Notes under the pieces: generated by a model | Databases searched by the model: none | Seen by the model: only the letters and a program-made list of their open reading frames with translations | What the model was told of the DNA's origin: nothing | IMG/VR virus record: IMGVR_UViG_3300037011_000606 | Span: 1 to 64,000 of that record | DNA length: 64,000 nt | Origin: a virus | Strand: one strand, 5' to 3' | In this document: one piece after another, positions 53,699 through 64,000 of the stretch | How positions within the stretch are numbered: position 1 is the stretch's first letter | Layout of the letters: every line of letters starts with the position of its first letter | Position numbers and translations under genes: made by a program

Positions 53699-55014
53699 TG
53701 AGACTCCTCCTCATCATCTGTATCATCTGTAGAACCCCCAGGTTCATCATCCACAGGCCCAGCCGGAGTTTTATCCGTACTCGGTAATCCGCCTTCCGGA
53801 GTTCCTGGCATTGCTCCGCCACCAGTCTTCGGAGGCATTATCTGTGCATCCAACATATACTGTTCAATATCCAAGATCCTGAACATCTCGCGCTTGGTCA
53901 TGGTACCATTTGCCACCGCATATGTACAAGCTCTTAACAGCTGATAGTCTATTGGCGCAGCCTCAACCCACTGGTGCTTCACCCTGTAAACAAATGGGTC
54001 CTGCCCCATCGACCTAACAATGTTATCATACCACTGCTTCTCCAAATTCCTTCTCATAAACAACTGTTCCCAACCAACTGGGCCTTGATACAACGCTAGT
54101 AAAGCCGCATCCAAAGTGGCCCTTGTCGTAGTCTTCTCCCTACCTAGCAAAGTCTTAGGTATCCCCCAATTGCCTATGATCTCTTCATCACACTTCTCAA
54201 TCGAACGGATAATCGCCATCAAATCTGGCTTAAGATCAATGACCTTCGCCTCAATCTTCTTATTATATATAACCGACTGCCCGGGCTTCAACTGATCCCT
54301 AAAAGAATTCATTGCTGTCGCTTTTTCTGCCTGTCCTCTAATATCTGACGTGTCCATGCAGAACAGTCCTATCGGCGCCCAATGCCTCTTGGAAGACTCT
54401 TTGAGATCCCTCTCATACAACAACTTCGACTTGATGGGGCTCATGACCGTTGCTATCGAAGAAATACCCGTCTTATCTACTTCCATTGAGTCTAGAGCGA
54501 AGTACAACACCTCATTAGGTTTTAATATTCTCTCCCCACCAACTGTTCTATATATATAATAATTAATCTCCAGAGTCTTCTCATTAACCACTGGAGTAAT
54601 ATTACTGGAGATTAACGGAACCAAACTAGCTATATTCCCTTCACTATCTTTGGCTATCTCCCAGCCACAAGCACCATAAATATGTCGCTTAATAACAGTG
54701 GTATACAGCGCATTATCCATATTAACCAATCTATTAATCAGATCCACCTTTTCTTTGATCTTCTTACATATATCTGCACTAGGCCCCGTTACCGAGGTTC
54801 TAAAACCCTTCCTCACAGTATAATACCCAACAGAGTTAATGCTCCTCCTAACAATAGACACCTTCTTATAACCATCATATAACGTATTAACCGTAATATC
54901 ATCATTTTCAATCGTGAGCATGCTCTCCACATTCCAGATAGTAGACAATGCCCTACCATTATCTGGATACTTTCCCGTCAATCTCTGCCCTAGCGTTCTC
55001 CTTACAGCTTCCAT
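53695..55014 (-). CDS. portal protein
   Basis: IYGACGWEI; EVLYF; GIS; WGIPKTLLG; follows TerL. Confidence 0.88.
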   Translation of the reverse strand: MEAVRRTLGQRLTGKYPDNGRALSTIWNVESMLTIENDDITVNTLYDGYKKVSIVRRSINSVGYYTVRKGFRTSVTGPSADICKKIKEKVDLINRLVNMDNALYTTVIKRHIYGACGWEIAKDSEGNIASLVPLISSNITPVVNEKTLEINYYIYRTVGGERILKPNEVLYFALDSMEVDKTGISSIATVMSPIKSKLLYERDLKESSKRHWAPIGLFCMDTSDIRGQAEKATAMNSFRDQLKPGQSVIYNKKIEAKVIDLKPDLMAIIRSIEKCDEEIIGNWGIPKTLLGREKTTTRATLDAALLALYQGPVGWEQLFMRRNLEKQWYDNIVRSMGQDPFVYRVKHQWVEAAPIDYQLLRACTYAVANGTMTKREMFRILDIEQYMLDAQIMPPKTGGGAMPGTPEGGLPSTDKTPAGPVDDEPGGSTDDTDDEEESQ

Positions 55015-55025
55015 TTTAACACCTC

Positions 55026-56489
55026 TTAAAACGTTACGTATACTGGCACTTCTCTAACACCCTCAAGTGTATTCTCCGGCTTTAAATGCCAAACCAAATT
55101 AACAACTGCATCAGCTACATCCTTAGATCCAGTTTTAGGATGATCTATCTTCTGCCCTCTGATCAATTCCACGGACTTTAACTCTTCTAACAACTTCTCG
55201 TAGTTCACAAACTCTAACTTACCACTGTAAGCAGATTCCTTAAAGGATGTATACTCCTTAACAGTAACATGATTCTGTATTATCTCTACTCCCTTTTCTC
55301 TGATAGATTGCAACGTCTCTGGATAGTTCCATATATCAGTTACAAAGATATCCAACTCACATCTCGTTGTCAAGTCAAATATAAAATCGGCAACCTCTTT
55401 AGCATCAATCTCTTTAATCTCATCAACATTTTTGAAAGGCTTGAACTCATGTATTATATCCACTATCGGTATATCTTTGTTCGGATCCAAATGACCAACA
55501 GCAAGACCAAAACTATCATTCTTAACTGCGGGGTCACCAGCGGCAAAGTACTTTACCCCCGGCAACCCCCTCCAATCCGGATTAATTCTCCACCGACCAT
55601 CCGTTCCCTCATACGTTGGATTTTTAGCTCTTGAAATACAATTATCCAGCTTATACCCTTCCTTAAAGAACGTCTCAATAGCCGCGCTAGGTATAGCTCC
55701 CCAGTCCCTCCAAGCTGTTTCTGGATCCTTATCAAACTCATCTTCTAACATCTCAAACGTAATATTGGGATTCATCTCCCAAGTCGGCCAGCGCTTACAA
55801 TACCATCCAGGCTTGCCCTTGAACTGATTATATAACTCCATCGCATAGTCCTTTACATACATTGGCGAGGTGATAATAACCTTCCTACCATCCTTTCCAA
55901 ATGTCTTAACACTCCTGGACAGAGTATCATAGACCATCGCCGCCGAAGAATTGCCACCAGTATCCTTAAACCTAGACAACTCATCGAAACTAACGCAGAT
56001 GATAGTCTTCCCTGCTAGAGAGGCGCTATTACTATGCTCACTTCGAAGTATAACTTTGCCATCCCTCGTCGGGAAGATATACTCATTATAATGTTCTATG
56101 TACTTCTGCTCCTGGAACCAAGGGCTATTAGCTATTCTCGCTTTAACATGGGCGAAAACAGTATCCTTCGCCTGTCTATCAGACGTAGCTACATTAATAA
56201 TAAAGATTTCGGTCCCTGCAGGCAACCCATAGTACTTGCATGGAGTCCCTCTAGATATCATCTTAAAAGCCTCATAGCAGGTTATTATAGAGGCCGTAGT
56301 AGTTTTGCCACTCCTCATCCCACATATTAACACGGTGTTCTGAATTCCTGGTTTGTAAAACTCAGTCAATACTTCTATTTGCTTTGGCCAAAGCCATCCA
56401 ATTCCCAGGTGCTTCTTGACGAAATATAAAACGTCATCGTACGCCTTCATATCATCAATCATCCGCCCTGAGAGAGGATTATCCATCAT
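55026..56489 (-). CDS. terL: terminase large subunit
   Basis: PKQ; GMRSGKT; SFDE; ITSP; GDPA..ND; KDVADA. Confidence 0.93.
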   Translation of the reverse strand: MMDNPLSGRMIDDMKAYDDVLYFVKKHLGIGWLWPKQIEVLTEFYKPGIQNTVLICGMRSGKTTTASIITCYEAFKMISRGTPCKYYGLPAGTEIFIINVATSDRQAKDTVFAHVKARIANSPWFQEQKYIEHYNEYIFPTRDGKVILRSEHSNSASLAGKTIICVSFDELSRFKDTGGNSSAAMVYDTLSRSVKTFGKDGRKVIITSPMYVKDYAMELYNQFKGKPGWYCKRWPTWEMNPNITFEMLEDEFDKDPETAWRDWGAIPSAAIETFFKEGYKLDNCISRAKNPTYEGTDGRWRINPDWRGLPGVKYFAAGDPAVKNDSFGLAVGHLDPNKDIPIVDIIHEFKPFKNVDEIKEIDAKEVADFIFDLTTRCELDIFVTDIWNYPETLQSIREKGVEIIQNHVTVKEYTSFKESAYSGKLEFVNYEKLLEELKSVELIRGQKIDHPKTGSKDVADAVVNLVWHLKPENTLEGVREVPVYVTF

Positions 56490-57769
56490 TACACCGTACC
56501 AGTATTCGCACTATCCTGTGAGCCAGCCCCAGTCTTATTTATAGTATTTGTCCCCGCGCCATGGGAAGTATTCCCTACTATATGGTTCTTCGAACCAGAT
56601 TCATCGACAGCATACTTATGTACAGTTGCTCCAGAGGCTGTTACATGGTTACCAGTCGCTGAACAATATGTACAAGTATTCATATTTATACCACTATATG
56701 TATTGCTAGCATCTTGGCTGCAATCCACTATAGAATTACCACTAATCAATACCTCATTCGACGTTGCCAAGTTTATACCATGCGCCCCTACCTTCTCGAT
56801 ATGATTACCTGTGATAACACCATTCCCTGTAGATGCATTAATCCCCAGATTATCCGCATTGTATATCTCATTACCAGAGACCACAAACCTTTCCACTACA
56901 GATATGCCATTATAACAAGTATTAATCACATTTCCCTTTACAACAGTATCAAACCACTTGGCCCATATAGCAGACAACACCCCAGTGTGATTATTTATAC
57001 CATTCCCAGATATCACACAATTAGATGGAGAATTAGTCGTCCATATTACAGCAATAGCTACGCTGGTAGAAGCAGACATATCTATCTGATTACCATTCAC
57101 AAACGCATATCCACACGAAGTATTCCTACAATCTATAACCACTCCGGAATACCCCTGACCGTTCATCTCATTATCAGTAATATGCACATTCACTATATCA
57201 TTAGTGGAATAGTACAAGTACACACAGTGCTGATTCGCGTTATAGAAGTAATTATCCTCTATCCACACATTCTTCGAGTCATAGTCACCGTTACCAATAG
57301 CATTCAGATATGCATCATAGAAGTAACAGTTGCTAATAACTAAATCATTAGCACTAACTATCTTTAGATCCTCAGTTCCACCAGTCTGATTAGCTTTGTT
57401 TCCATCGAAGGATATACCTCTAATTACTATATGATTCCGTTGAGTAGCCACTTCTCCTATATCCAATACACTATCATCAAGGCCATTCGCTTTCTTTACA
57501 ATGGCTCCTTTCTCTCCGACCAACGCGATATTATGTCCTTGAATAGTCCAACTAGCAGCTACGGTATAAGTACCTGCCATAAGGAAGACAGTTCCTCCAC
57601 CATCAGCCTCGCACTGATCTATTGCAGCTTGTACCGTAGTAAAATCACCATAAAGACCAGCCGGATCCACATGGTAAACCCTACCCCTAATTCCTTGTTC
57701 CATCCGGTTCATATCTTCATCGGTTATTATTTCGGCTGCCCATGTCTTAAACGAATAATTCGCTACCAT
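56489..57769 (-). CDS. right-handed beta-helix (pectin-lyase-like) tail spike
   Basis: TVQAAID...GGTVFL.AGTY; DGNKANQ; repeated I.GN.I coils. Confidence 0.85.
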   Translation of the reverse strand: MVANYSFKTWAAEIITDEDMNRMEQGIRGRVYHVDPAGLYGDFTTVQAAIDQCEADGGGTVFLMAGTYTVAASWTIQGHNIALVGEKGAIVKKANGLDDSVLDIGEVATQRNHIVIRGISFDGNKANQTGGTEDLKIVSANDLVISNCYFYDAYLNAIGNGDYDSKNVWIEDNYFYNANQHCVYLYYSTNDIVNVHITDNEMNGQGYSGVVIDCRNTSCGYAFVNGNQIDMSASTSVAIAVIWTTNSPSNCVISGNGINNHTGVLSAIWAKWFDTVVKGNVINTCYNGISVVERFVVSGNEIYNADNLGINASTGNGVITGNHIEKVGAHGINLATSNEVLISGNSIVDCSQDASNTYSGINMNTCTYCSATGNHVTASGATVHKYAVDESGSKNHIVGNTSHGAGTNTINKTGAGSQDSANTGTV

Positions 57770-58222
57770 TTACACCACCTCGAAATCGAAATCCCATATT
57801 ATATGAAGCGCATCTGGCGCTCCTTTAACTATTGGCCCTATTACTACCCTCGCGGCGCACTTCCTCGCCCCCTTCACAGCGTTTTTATCTGCTATTACAG
57901 ACTCCTTGATCGTCCCGGTACCTACTCCTGCACCAAATTCAAAATAGCAACGGCATCTATGACCTACTCTTGCATTAGTACAAGATCCTCTAGCCATCTC
58001 CGCACCTTGTAGATCTGTTTGAGAGATATCAACTGCTGTATCGCTATCCCCAATAGATATGCATTTCAGATTGGTCGGAACGCCTATCCCACCCAATCTA
58101 TCTATTATAATCTCATACCCATCTTCCAAGAGTAAATTGTGACGTTCCCCACTATCAATTACCTTACCATCTCGACGCAGTTCCCAAATTACATTAGCCT
58201 TAACACCAATCTTCATTTCCAT
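57770..58222 (-). CDS. tail fibre anchoring/baseplate protein
   Basis: HNLLLEDG...ISIG...TDL..E..R; IKES. Confidence 0.6.
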   Translation of the reverse strand: MEMKIGVKANVIWELRRDGKVIDSGERHNLLLEDGYEIIIDRLGGIGVPTNLKCISIGDSDTAVDISQTDLQGAEMARGSCTNARVGHRCRCYFEFGAGVGTGTIKESVIADKNAVKGARKCAARVVIGPIVKGAPDALHIIWDFDFEVV

Positions 58223-58938
58223 GTTTGCGCCCCCGTTGTTACATTCAGCGACTCCGTTTTAGTTATTCCAGTAACATGAAAGTTACCACCTATACAATCT
58301 ACAGTGATATCATTCTCTAACTGGTTAGAAAACCCATCAAACATAACTCCAGCTGCCTTCTTTTCATTTACTGTAGTGACAGCCAAATCCCACCTCTCAT
58401 CGGATATTAATGTAGCATCATGATTAATCACACACGCATTGAAATGACCATAAGCTGCATCTCTAAGATAACCATCATTTATCTGGAGCTCTGCTTCCAC
58501 AATCCCCAATATTGATGCGAGAGCTTGCCTCAACGCGGGAATAGTTCCTCCACCATAGAGTGTTGGTACTATATTCTTAATTCGTAATCTAAATGAGGTG
58601 TCCGTCTCATCAGTCATCCTATAGCAACCTACCAAACTGCCTATATTTTCTAACCCAACCCCTTCAGCATCATCCACCCAATGCTGCTCCTCTATAACCC
58701 CTATCATACTTTGAATTAGGCACAATTGCTCCGCCTCAATCCCCACCACCTTATAAATATTACCATCGCTATCTAGATAATACAACCAAGGAAACCTATC
58801 AAGTATCCTCTCTCTAATAGAGCAGGGTGAAAATAGAGAATTAACCCTTAGTATTGGGAGTTGGTGACCTATTCCTATCACACTATGAAACTTCGAGAGA
58901 TGTACTCCATCTCCACTGATCAGCTTATACGGTATCAA
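58213..58938 (-). CDS. baseplate wedge protein (P2 I/gp48-like)
   Basis: AEGVGLENIG...ETDTSFRLRI...GGTIPAL...KAAGV. Confidence 0.7.
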   Translation of the reverse strand: MIPYKLISGDGVHLSKFHSVIGIGHQLPILRVNSLFSPCSIRERILDRFPWLYYLDSDGNIYKVVGIEAEQLCLIQSMIGVIEEQHWVDDAEGVGLENIGSLVGCYRMTDETDTSFRLRIKNIVPTLYGGGTIPALRQALASILGIVEAELQINDGYLRDAAYGHFNACVINHDATLISDERWDLAVTTVNEKKAAGVMFDGFSNQLENDITVDCIGGNFHVTGITKTESLNVTTGAQTWK

Positions 58939-58958
58939 GTCACCAACTCCTGTTTGAT

Positions 58959-59273
58959 CTACTTCGGCTTCTCCCCTTCTTTCTTATCTACTTCCTCTGG
59001 CGTCTTTGTATCCAAAGGCTTAACATCTTCATCATCTTTCTCTTCTACTTTCTCTTCCTTCGGCGGGATCGCCTTCTCTATATACAGATATAGCACCCCA
59101 CATACTATGCCCACGATCAGCATACCCAAGCCCTCTGCCCAAGCCACCATATCTGCCGACCCGATATTATCTTTCAACACGCTCACACCCAAAGGTATCA
59201 TCACAACTGCTATCATCAGCAGAAGTGCTTCTACCTTCTTAATTCCTTCATCATCCCTAAACTGTACTTTCAT
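58959..59273 (-). CDS. 2-TM membrane protein (holin candidate)
   Basis: two TM helices, charged tail; GAGGTGA RBS. Confidence 0.5.
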   Translation of the reverse strand: MKVQFRDDEGIKKVEALLLMIAVVMIPLGVSVLKDNIGSADMVAWAEGLGMLIVGIVCGVLYLYIEKAIPPKEEKVEEKDDEDVKPLDTKTPEEVDKKEGEKPK

Positions 59274-59278
59274 ATCTT

Positions 59279-59548
59279 TCACCTCACAAACAACGCTATC
59301 AACGCACTTATCGCAGTTATAATCAATCCCCATATAGCTATCTTGGTATTCACACTATCCTTACTGTCATCTTTCTGCTTTTCGTAATTCTCTATCCAAT
59401 TTTGCACTTTAGATGTTGCCATTTCCGCAGCATTCAATCTCTTGAATATCTCACTAGAGTCAGTTGAGAACTTCTCCACATTCTCTCTTATTACGGACAG
59501 GCACCCTTTGATCTCCCCAATTTCCCTGTCAATACTTTCCTTTGCCAC
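59279..59548 (-). CDS. XhlA-like coiled-coil plus C-terminal TM protein (lysis-related candidate)
   Basis: coiled coil then KIAIWGLIITAISALIALF. Confidence 0.55.
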   Translation of the reverse strand: MAKESIDREIGEIKGCLSVIRENVEKFSTDSSEIFKRLNAAEMATSKVQNWIENYEKQKDDSKDSVNTKIAIWGLIITAISALIALFVR

Positions 59549-59667
59549 TTTTCAACCTCCTCAGTGTCAACATCAGCTATCCCACCATTATGATTAGCAT
59601 ACTCTATCTTCTTAATATTCCTTTCAATTATATCCAAGCAATCTGTGATTAAGCACATCGTCCTCCC

Positions 59668-59979
59668 TCACAGGATATTCTCCCAAACTCTAAATGAGCC
59701 AATCTCCGTCTTCCAAGATCCTCCAGTAATGGCTATCTTCGCTTGAATCTTCCACATGCCCTCTATATCAAGATCACCTGCGGCAGAAGTTGTCCAATAG
59801 ATCTTCCCATCCGTACCATCAGTCTCGAAGGAAGCGGTCTTAGTCAGCGTAGTACCATCCGGCTTCTCAAAGTATATCTCCTTAACCGTCGCGGATGATA
59901 TATCAACAACAACACCGTCATTCTTAACGGTGATAAGGAACTTAGTTCCAACATCCCCGATATGTATCTCTTCTGTCAT
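59668..59979 (-). CDS. BppU-N-like Ig-fold virion protein
   Basis: GDVG...VDISSAT...KPDG...GKIYW...DLDIEG.W.IQ. Confidence 0.7.
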   Translation of the reverse strand: MTEEIHIGDVGTKFLITVKNDGVVVDISSATVKEIYFEKPDGTTLTKTASFETDGTDGKIYWTTSAAGDLDIEGMWKIQAKIAITGGSWKTEIGSFRVWENIL

Positions 59980-62477
59980 AGTTCAAATTCCTCCGTATCT
60001 TCCTCTTCAATATTAAGCGCAAATTCTACTTTGTGCGGAATTAAGGTTACTGTACCTTGCAATACGTAGAATGGTATATCAGTTCCAGCAGGCGTTGTAT
60101 CGTACCAAACACCGTTATATTTATAGAGAGAACTTCCTAACAAATATCCATTTCCACCATATGCTATCCTTCCAGCCCCCACAGGATCATCAGTCCCCAT
60201 TATGACTATATACATATTACCAGGAACTAATGCTGGACATCCTGTTAAATTGAATATTGCCCAGTTACCATTATCCGAAAGTCCAGCCTTTCCGAAGGTT
60301 TCCTTGAATATAGGCGGTTCAACGGGCGCGCCGCCACTTGTTTCATATATCTCTATAAACTCAGATACAGGATCAATATACCCAACTCTCTTTTTCACAT
60401 ACATTTTAACCCTAGCAACTGGGTCAGCAGTCACCGCTATAAATCTCTGCCCCCATTTTAAATTAGATGCAAACCAACTCCAAGAACAACCAGTTATCGT
60501 TAGATATGATATAACAGTTCCTGAAGTTTGTAGTTCACCCATTGCTACATCCAACTCTATAGAAGCATCCTTACAGATAACTCCATTATTTCTTATCATC
60601 TTCGAATTAGCATCAGCTTGCCATATATGTATCTTCTTTAAACATTCACTATACCCCGACCATGTAAGACCTTGATTAGTTGATCTAGTTTCTGTACCAT
60701 GATGATAATAACATGGCTGTACATTATGATGCCAATAATTATAGTTACTCTGACTAGGAGCAACGGATGTAACTACAAAGCCATATCTTACATCAGGCAT
60801 TAGCCAACCCTTTGTAGTGAATTCGAAAGTTCTCCATTTATCAGACCATCCACCACTACCATATGGTATATCATCCTTTGTGAGTTCCCTTCTAGCTATA
60901 ACAACATTCAAATCGGGAGTATCGTCTGGTTTCAACGGGCATATCATAACTACGAGAGGCGTGACTGGAGGTCTACTATCACTTGTAACAGCCACATTTG
61001 TTTCAAACCACTGTGCTTCAAATATATGTTCTACTTCAAATCGTTGACACCACCAGCTGTTTAACCATATAGCAGAGCCCCCACCCATACCTGTAGTTCT
61101 ATACCAATACTCTCCTCTTACACCTTCTGCTATCTCTCCTAACTCCAAGTCAATCTCCCTTAGAGAGTCGACATCTAACCCAATCTCATGGATATCTGGC
61201 GCAACACTCTCGTCTATTAACTCCAGCTCAAATTCCTTTGTAACTCCTATCTCAGAGACCAGCCACTCCTCGAAAAGAGCATCCCAAGTATACAAAAACT
61301 TCCAACTCCCACCAGTATACTCACAAGCTCTCCCTCCAAGATATGGACCGGTGGCATTCATCTTCCAACTACGGTTGCCACTAACTTGTACCTCACTTAC
61401 AAACGCATACATTGTTCCAGCTTGTAATACAGCAACCTCACCATTGAAATTGACATAATGATCAGGAGCTTCCCAACCCCTAGTATAATTAGTATACACC
61501 CAGGAAGATATACGAGTGTTTGGTAGCCCACCCACCGTATTATATATAGCCCATCTTATATAATTAGGCGCGCTGTAATTCCACGCACCACCCATATTCA
61601 TTCTCCATAACCCACCTGTAATCGATGGAGTAAAGGTTTGTGCGAGCATAAGCCCAGTACTCGAAATCGAAGGTGGAGGATGAATCATTTGTTGCTGATC
61701 TATGCCTCCAACAGCTACCATATGAACATTGTCCAAATCCAAATTAACCAGCTGAGTCTTCTCCCTATCAAGTATAAATCTCTCAACACCCTGCAATATA
61801 TTAGACTCGACAATAAATCCGAAAGGTAAGTCATATTGAGTAATCTTCCTCCAAACAGGTGGTGACCTATTCGAATACACAAACTCTCCGCCAGGATAGC
61901 TCGCAGGATACAAATGGTTTAAGCTTATCTTCCACTTACTAGCGATCTCATCGGACCTATACATAAACCCATACTTTACCCCAACTGTCAACACCAAGGG
62001 GCTAGCGAAGTCATAAATCTCCCAAGTATCCACTGTTGATGGTGCATCAGCCGGGTCAATTAATATTTGAGCTAAGGTCGCGCCAGTTGGCCAGCCCAAT
62101 CCATCTAGCTCCTTTATCTCTATAATAAAGGGCAATGTTGGCGGATTTGCAACATTCTTATATATAGGAACATTCACCCCAGTTATGATAACCGGATCAG
62201 TGAGAGTAAACTGCTGACACCAAAGGTATATACCCCCACAATCCATTCCATAACCTATACCCGGAGGATAGTATCCAACTCTAACATCCCTCTTCTCCAA
62301 ATCAGCTTCCAACTCAAAATCTACTACATTCTCGAAGCTCGACTCCAGTTCAAATGGAGCTAGGTTCTCAGTCTCCAACTCAATATTCACTATCTCATGA
62401 GTTACATCTCCATCAGTATACCCATAACCCAATGTTACCAGGGCGCCTTCCCCAAAGCCATGTGTAACTATCGTCAT
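59976..62477 (-). CDS. adhesin-like virion protein with four repeated jelly-roll domains
   Basis: four copies of Q.F...G.P...W..F...L..G..Y...Y.GG...W...D..F separated by acidic linkers. Confidence 0.65.
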   Translation of the reverse strand: MTIVTHGFGEGALVTLGYGYTDGDVTHEIVNIELETENLAPFELESSFENVVDFELEADLEKRDVRVGYYPPGIGYGMDCGGIYLWCQQFTLTDPVIITGVNVPIYKNVANPPTLPFIIEIKELDGLGWPTGATLAQILIDPADAPSTVDTWEIYDFASPLVLTVGVKYGFMYRSDEIASKWKISLNHLYPASYPGGEFVYSNRSPPVWRKITQYDLPFGFIVESNILQGVERFILDREKTQLVNLDLDNVHMVAVGGIDQQQMIHPPPSISSTGLMLAQTFTPSITGGLWRMNMGGAWNYSAPNYIRWAIYNTVGGLPNTRISSWVYTNYTRGWEAPDHYVNFNGEVAVLQAGTMYAFVSEVQVSGNRSWKMNATGPYLGGRACEYTGGSWKFLYTWDALFEEWLVSEIGVTKEFELELIDESVAPDIHEIGLDVDSLREIDLELGEIAEGVRGEYWYRTTGMGGGSAIWLNSWWCQRFEVEHIFEAQWFETNVAVTSDSRPPVTPLVVMICPLKPDDTPDLNVVIARRELTKDDIPYGSGGWSDKWRTFEFTTKGWLMPDVRYGFVVTSVAPSQSNYNYWHHNVQPCYYHHGTETRSTNQGLTWSGYSECLKKIHIWQADANSKMIRNNGVICKDASIELDVAMGELQTSGTVISYLTITGCSWSWFASNLKWGQRFIAVTADPVARVKMYVKKRVGYIDPVSEFIEIYETSGGAPVEPPIFKETFGKAGLSDNGNWAIFNLTGCPALVPGNMYIVIMGTDDPVGAGRIAYGGNGYLLGSSLYKYNGVWYDTTPAGTDIPFYVLQGTVTLIPHKVEFALNIEEEDTEEFEL

Positions 62478-63028
62478 ACCACTCTATTCCTTTGAGCTAT
62501 TGCCCCTGCAGATAACACCACAGGATTATCGAACTTATCCATAATAACCATATTATACAACACTGCATCCCCAGCATCATTCCAAATCTGATAGCGACTG
62601 TTTAACTCATCCCAGGTCATTTTATTAGTCAAGAACCTTTTCATAAAGGTTAAGTCATCAGCACTTACGCCTATCATTGTCGCCGAAGACGATTGCGATA
62701 TCACTGTATTTGTATAAGCGGCCGGATATATCGGATCATAAGTTGCTACCAGATTCCCACCTCTAACATAACAATTCGTCCAGGTAGGTCCAGCTCTATC
62801 TGCAAATTTCAACTTCCAGCCATACCTAAACTCTAACGTTATCCCTACGTAAGATCCCGCGCCCAACCCTTGCTTACCACTGGGCAGGATAAAATCCTCA
62901 ATATCCAAGTTATCTTGTTCATCCTGCCAATCTCTAACAGCATCCACAATCTGCTGTATAGTAACCTCCTCGGTAGGTAAATCTACCACAAGCCACTTAT
63001 TAACTTCATCAAATGTGAAGGTTACCAT
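62474..63028 (-). CDS. putative virion structural protein
   Basis: in structural block; beta-rich. Confidence 0.55.
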   Translation of the reverse strand: MVTFTFDEVNKWLVVDLPTEEVTIQQIVDAVRDWQDEQDNLDIEDFILPSGKQGLGAGSYVGITLEFRYGWKLKFADRAGPTWTNCYVRGGNLVATYDPIYPAAYTNTVISQSSSATMIGVSADDLTFMKRFLTNKMTWDELNSRYQIWNDAGDAVLYNMVIMDKFDNPVVLSAGAIAQRNRVV

Positions 63029-63037
63029 ACATCCACC

Positions 63038-64000
63038 CTACGTTACTATTGTATCAGTGGTCCTAATCGCAGACACAGATAAGCCGGTAGTAACCACCTG
63101 TCCAGTCGTCTCAAAGGGTATAATCCCTTTCTTCCTAACCCTTATCAACACATCTCTATCACTGGCATATACTACTATAACAGATACACTGGTGCTTATA
63201 GCCTCCTCATCTATAAACGGAACATAAGCTTTATCTGTTCCATCATAAGTCCTATCCAGAGTTCCAACCAGTGTAAATATCTTACCCGTCCAAGATGAAT
63301 ACTCATAGCGCTGTTCCGTCGCCGTAGACGTATCCACAGTTCTTAAGAAGCCAGTATCTGGTGTATCTGAATCTATATTAGCTTGCACTTCGAAAGTCCC
63401 ACTGCCCAATGTATTATTAGTTGCATGTGAGGTGTAGGTCGCCTTATCTATAACTCCAACTAACGTTCTATACACGCCTACCCGATCTCCAGCAACAACA
63501 CTGCTTATAGTTATAGTTGATACTGTGGGCGGGTCCCTGGTAGTTCCGCTAGAGTCTATAAGCTGATAACTCATCGCATCATCTACATCCATATCCTCTA
63601 GCCATATACCTTGAGCCCCGAAGAATATACCACCAGCAAAACTACCGAAAGGTGCTGCCTTAATTGGCGTATACCCAGTGTATGCTATCTGGTAACAATT
63701 ACCAGTCAACACTGTTATTACCCCACCAACCACAGTGTACATATTATAAGCAGATCCGGACCTAGCCACAAACTTCAAATACTCATAGACTTGTGACACA
63801 GTCCTGCCATCACAATCCACAACTACATCATAGTCGTGTGTTACTGGATCCCTAGGGAATGCCTTAGGTGTAGTGTGGGCAGATACCAAATCCGCAGAAG
63901 CTACGGTAGTAGCACCAGAAACACTTCCCAATATGGTTTTAGTATTAATCAACGTAGAGGAACAATTGCCCAAAGTCATAGTCCCCGACGTCTCCTTAAT
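63038..64000 (-). CDS. putative virion structural protein (5' end probably outside window)
   Basis: frame open to the window edge; Thr/Gly/Val-rich. Confidence 0.6.
   Translation of the reverse strand: MKETSGTMTLGNCSSTLINTKTILGSVSGATTVASADLVSAHTTPKAFPRDPVTHDYDVVVDCDGRTVSQVYEYLKFVARSGSAYNMYTVVGGVITVLTGNCYQIAYTGYTPIKAAPFGSFAGGIFFGAQGIWLEDMDVDDAMSYQLIDSSGTTRDPPTVSTITISSVVAGDRVGVYRTLVGVIDKATYTSHATNNTLGSGTFEVQANIDSDTPDTGFLRTVDTSTATEQRYEYSSWTGKIFTLVGTLDRTYDGTDKAYVPFIDEEAISTSVSVIVVYASDRDVLIRVRKKGIIPFETTGQVVTTGLSVSAIRTTDTIVT

Noticed and set aside
1-64000. Integrase, att site, host flank, inteins or stop-codon recoding
   Set aside because: No recombinase or cellular housekeeping block was recognised; PolB, RNR, TerL and MCM show no intein-sized insertions; genes end at all three standard stops and pack tightly.

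Overview
This window is most of the genome of a tailed dsDNA virus (Caudoviricetes, contractile-tail/myovirus type) that infects an archaeon. Archaeal evidence: TATA-box promoters, GGAGG/GGTGA ribosome-binding sites, an HMf-type histone, MCM-like and XPF proteins, a TRAM protein and a BHB-intron tRNA. Layout: (1) 1-13.8 kb, + strand: small early ORFs, including a family of paralogous winged-HTH proteins, a histone and two tandem non-canonical tRNA-like genes. (2) 13.7-16.1 kb, - strand: a divergent operon of dNMP kinase, XPF nuclease and an N-terminally truncated MCM. (3) 16.2-32.0 kb, + strand: replication and nucleotide genes (OB-fold SSB, AAA_24 ATPase, PolB, all-alpha NTP pyrophosphatase, class II RNR, HD hydrolase, Cas4-like nuclease, UDG) interleaved with a complete 7-deazaguanine (preQ0) pathway (FolE2, QueD, QueE, QueC, a DpdA/TGT-like protein) and a purine phosphoribosyltransferase. 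(4) 32.1-64 kb, - strand: morphogenesis genes (adhesins, TerL, portal, protease polyprotein, scaffold, MCP, neck, sheath, tube, frameshifted chaperone, tape measure, baseplate). The most notable observations are: a possible pre-replicative route to 7-deazaguanine DNA, supported by the PRTase, kinase, RNR and a PolB with an altered dNTP pocket; a prohead protease fused to degenerate ligase and LigD phosphoesterase domains; two tRNA-scaffold RNAs with unusual arms; a free-standing paralog of the capsid A-domain; and a repeated GTCA-N6-TATA promoter signature. All calls come from reading motifs by eye; no database searches were run.
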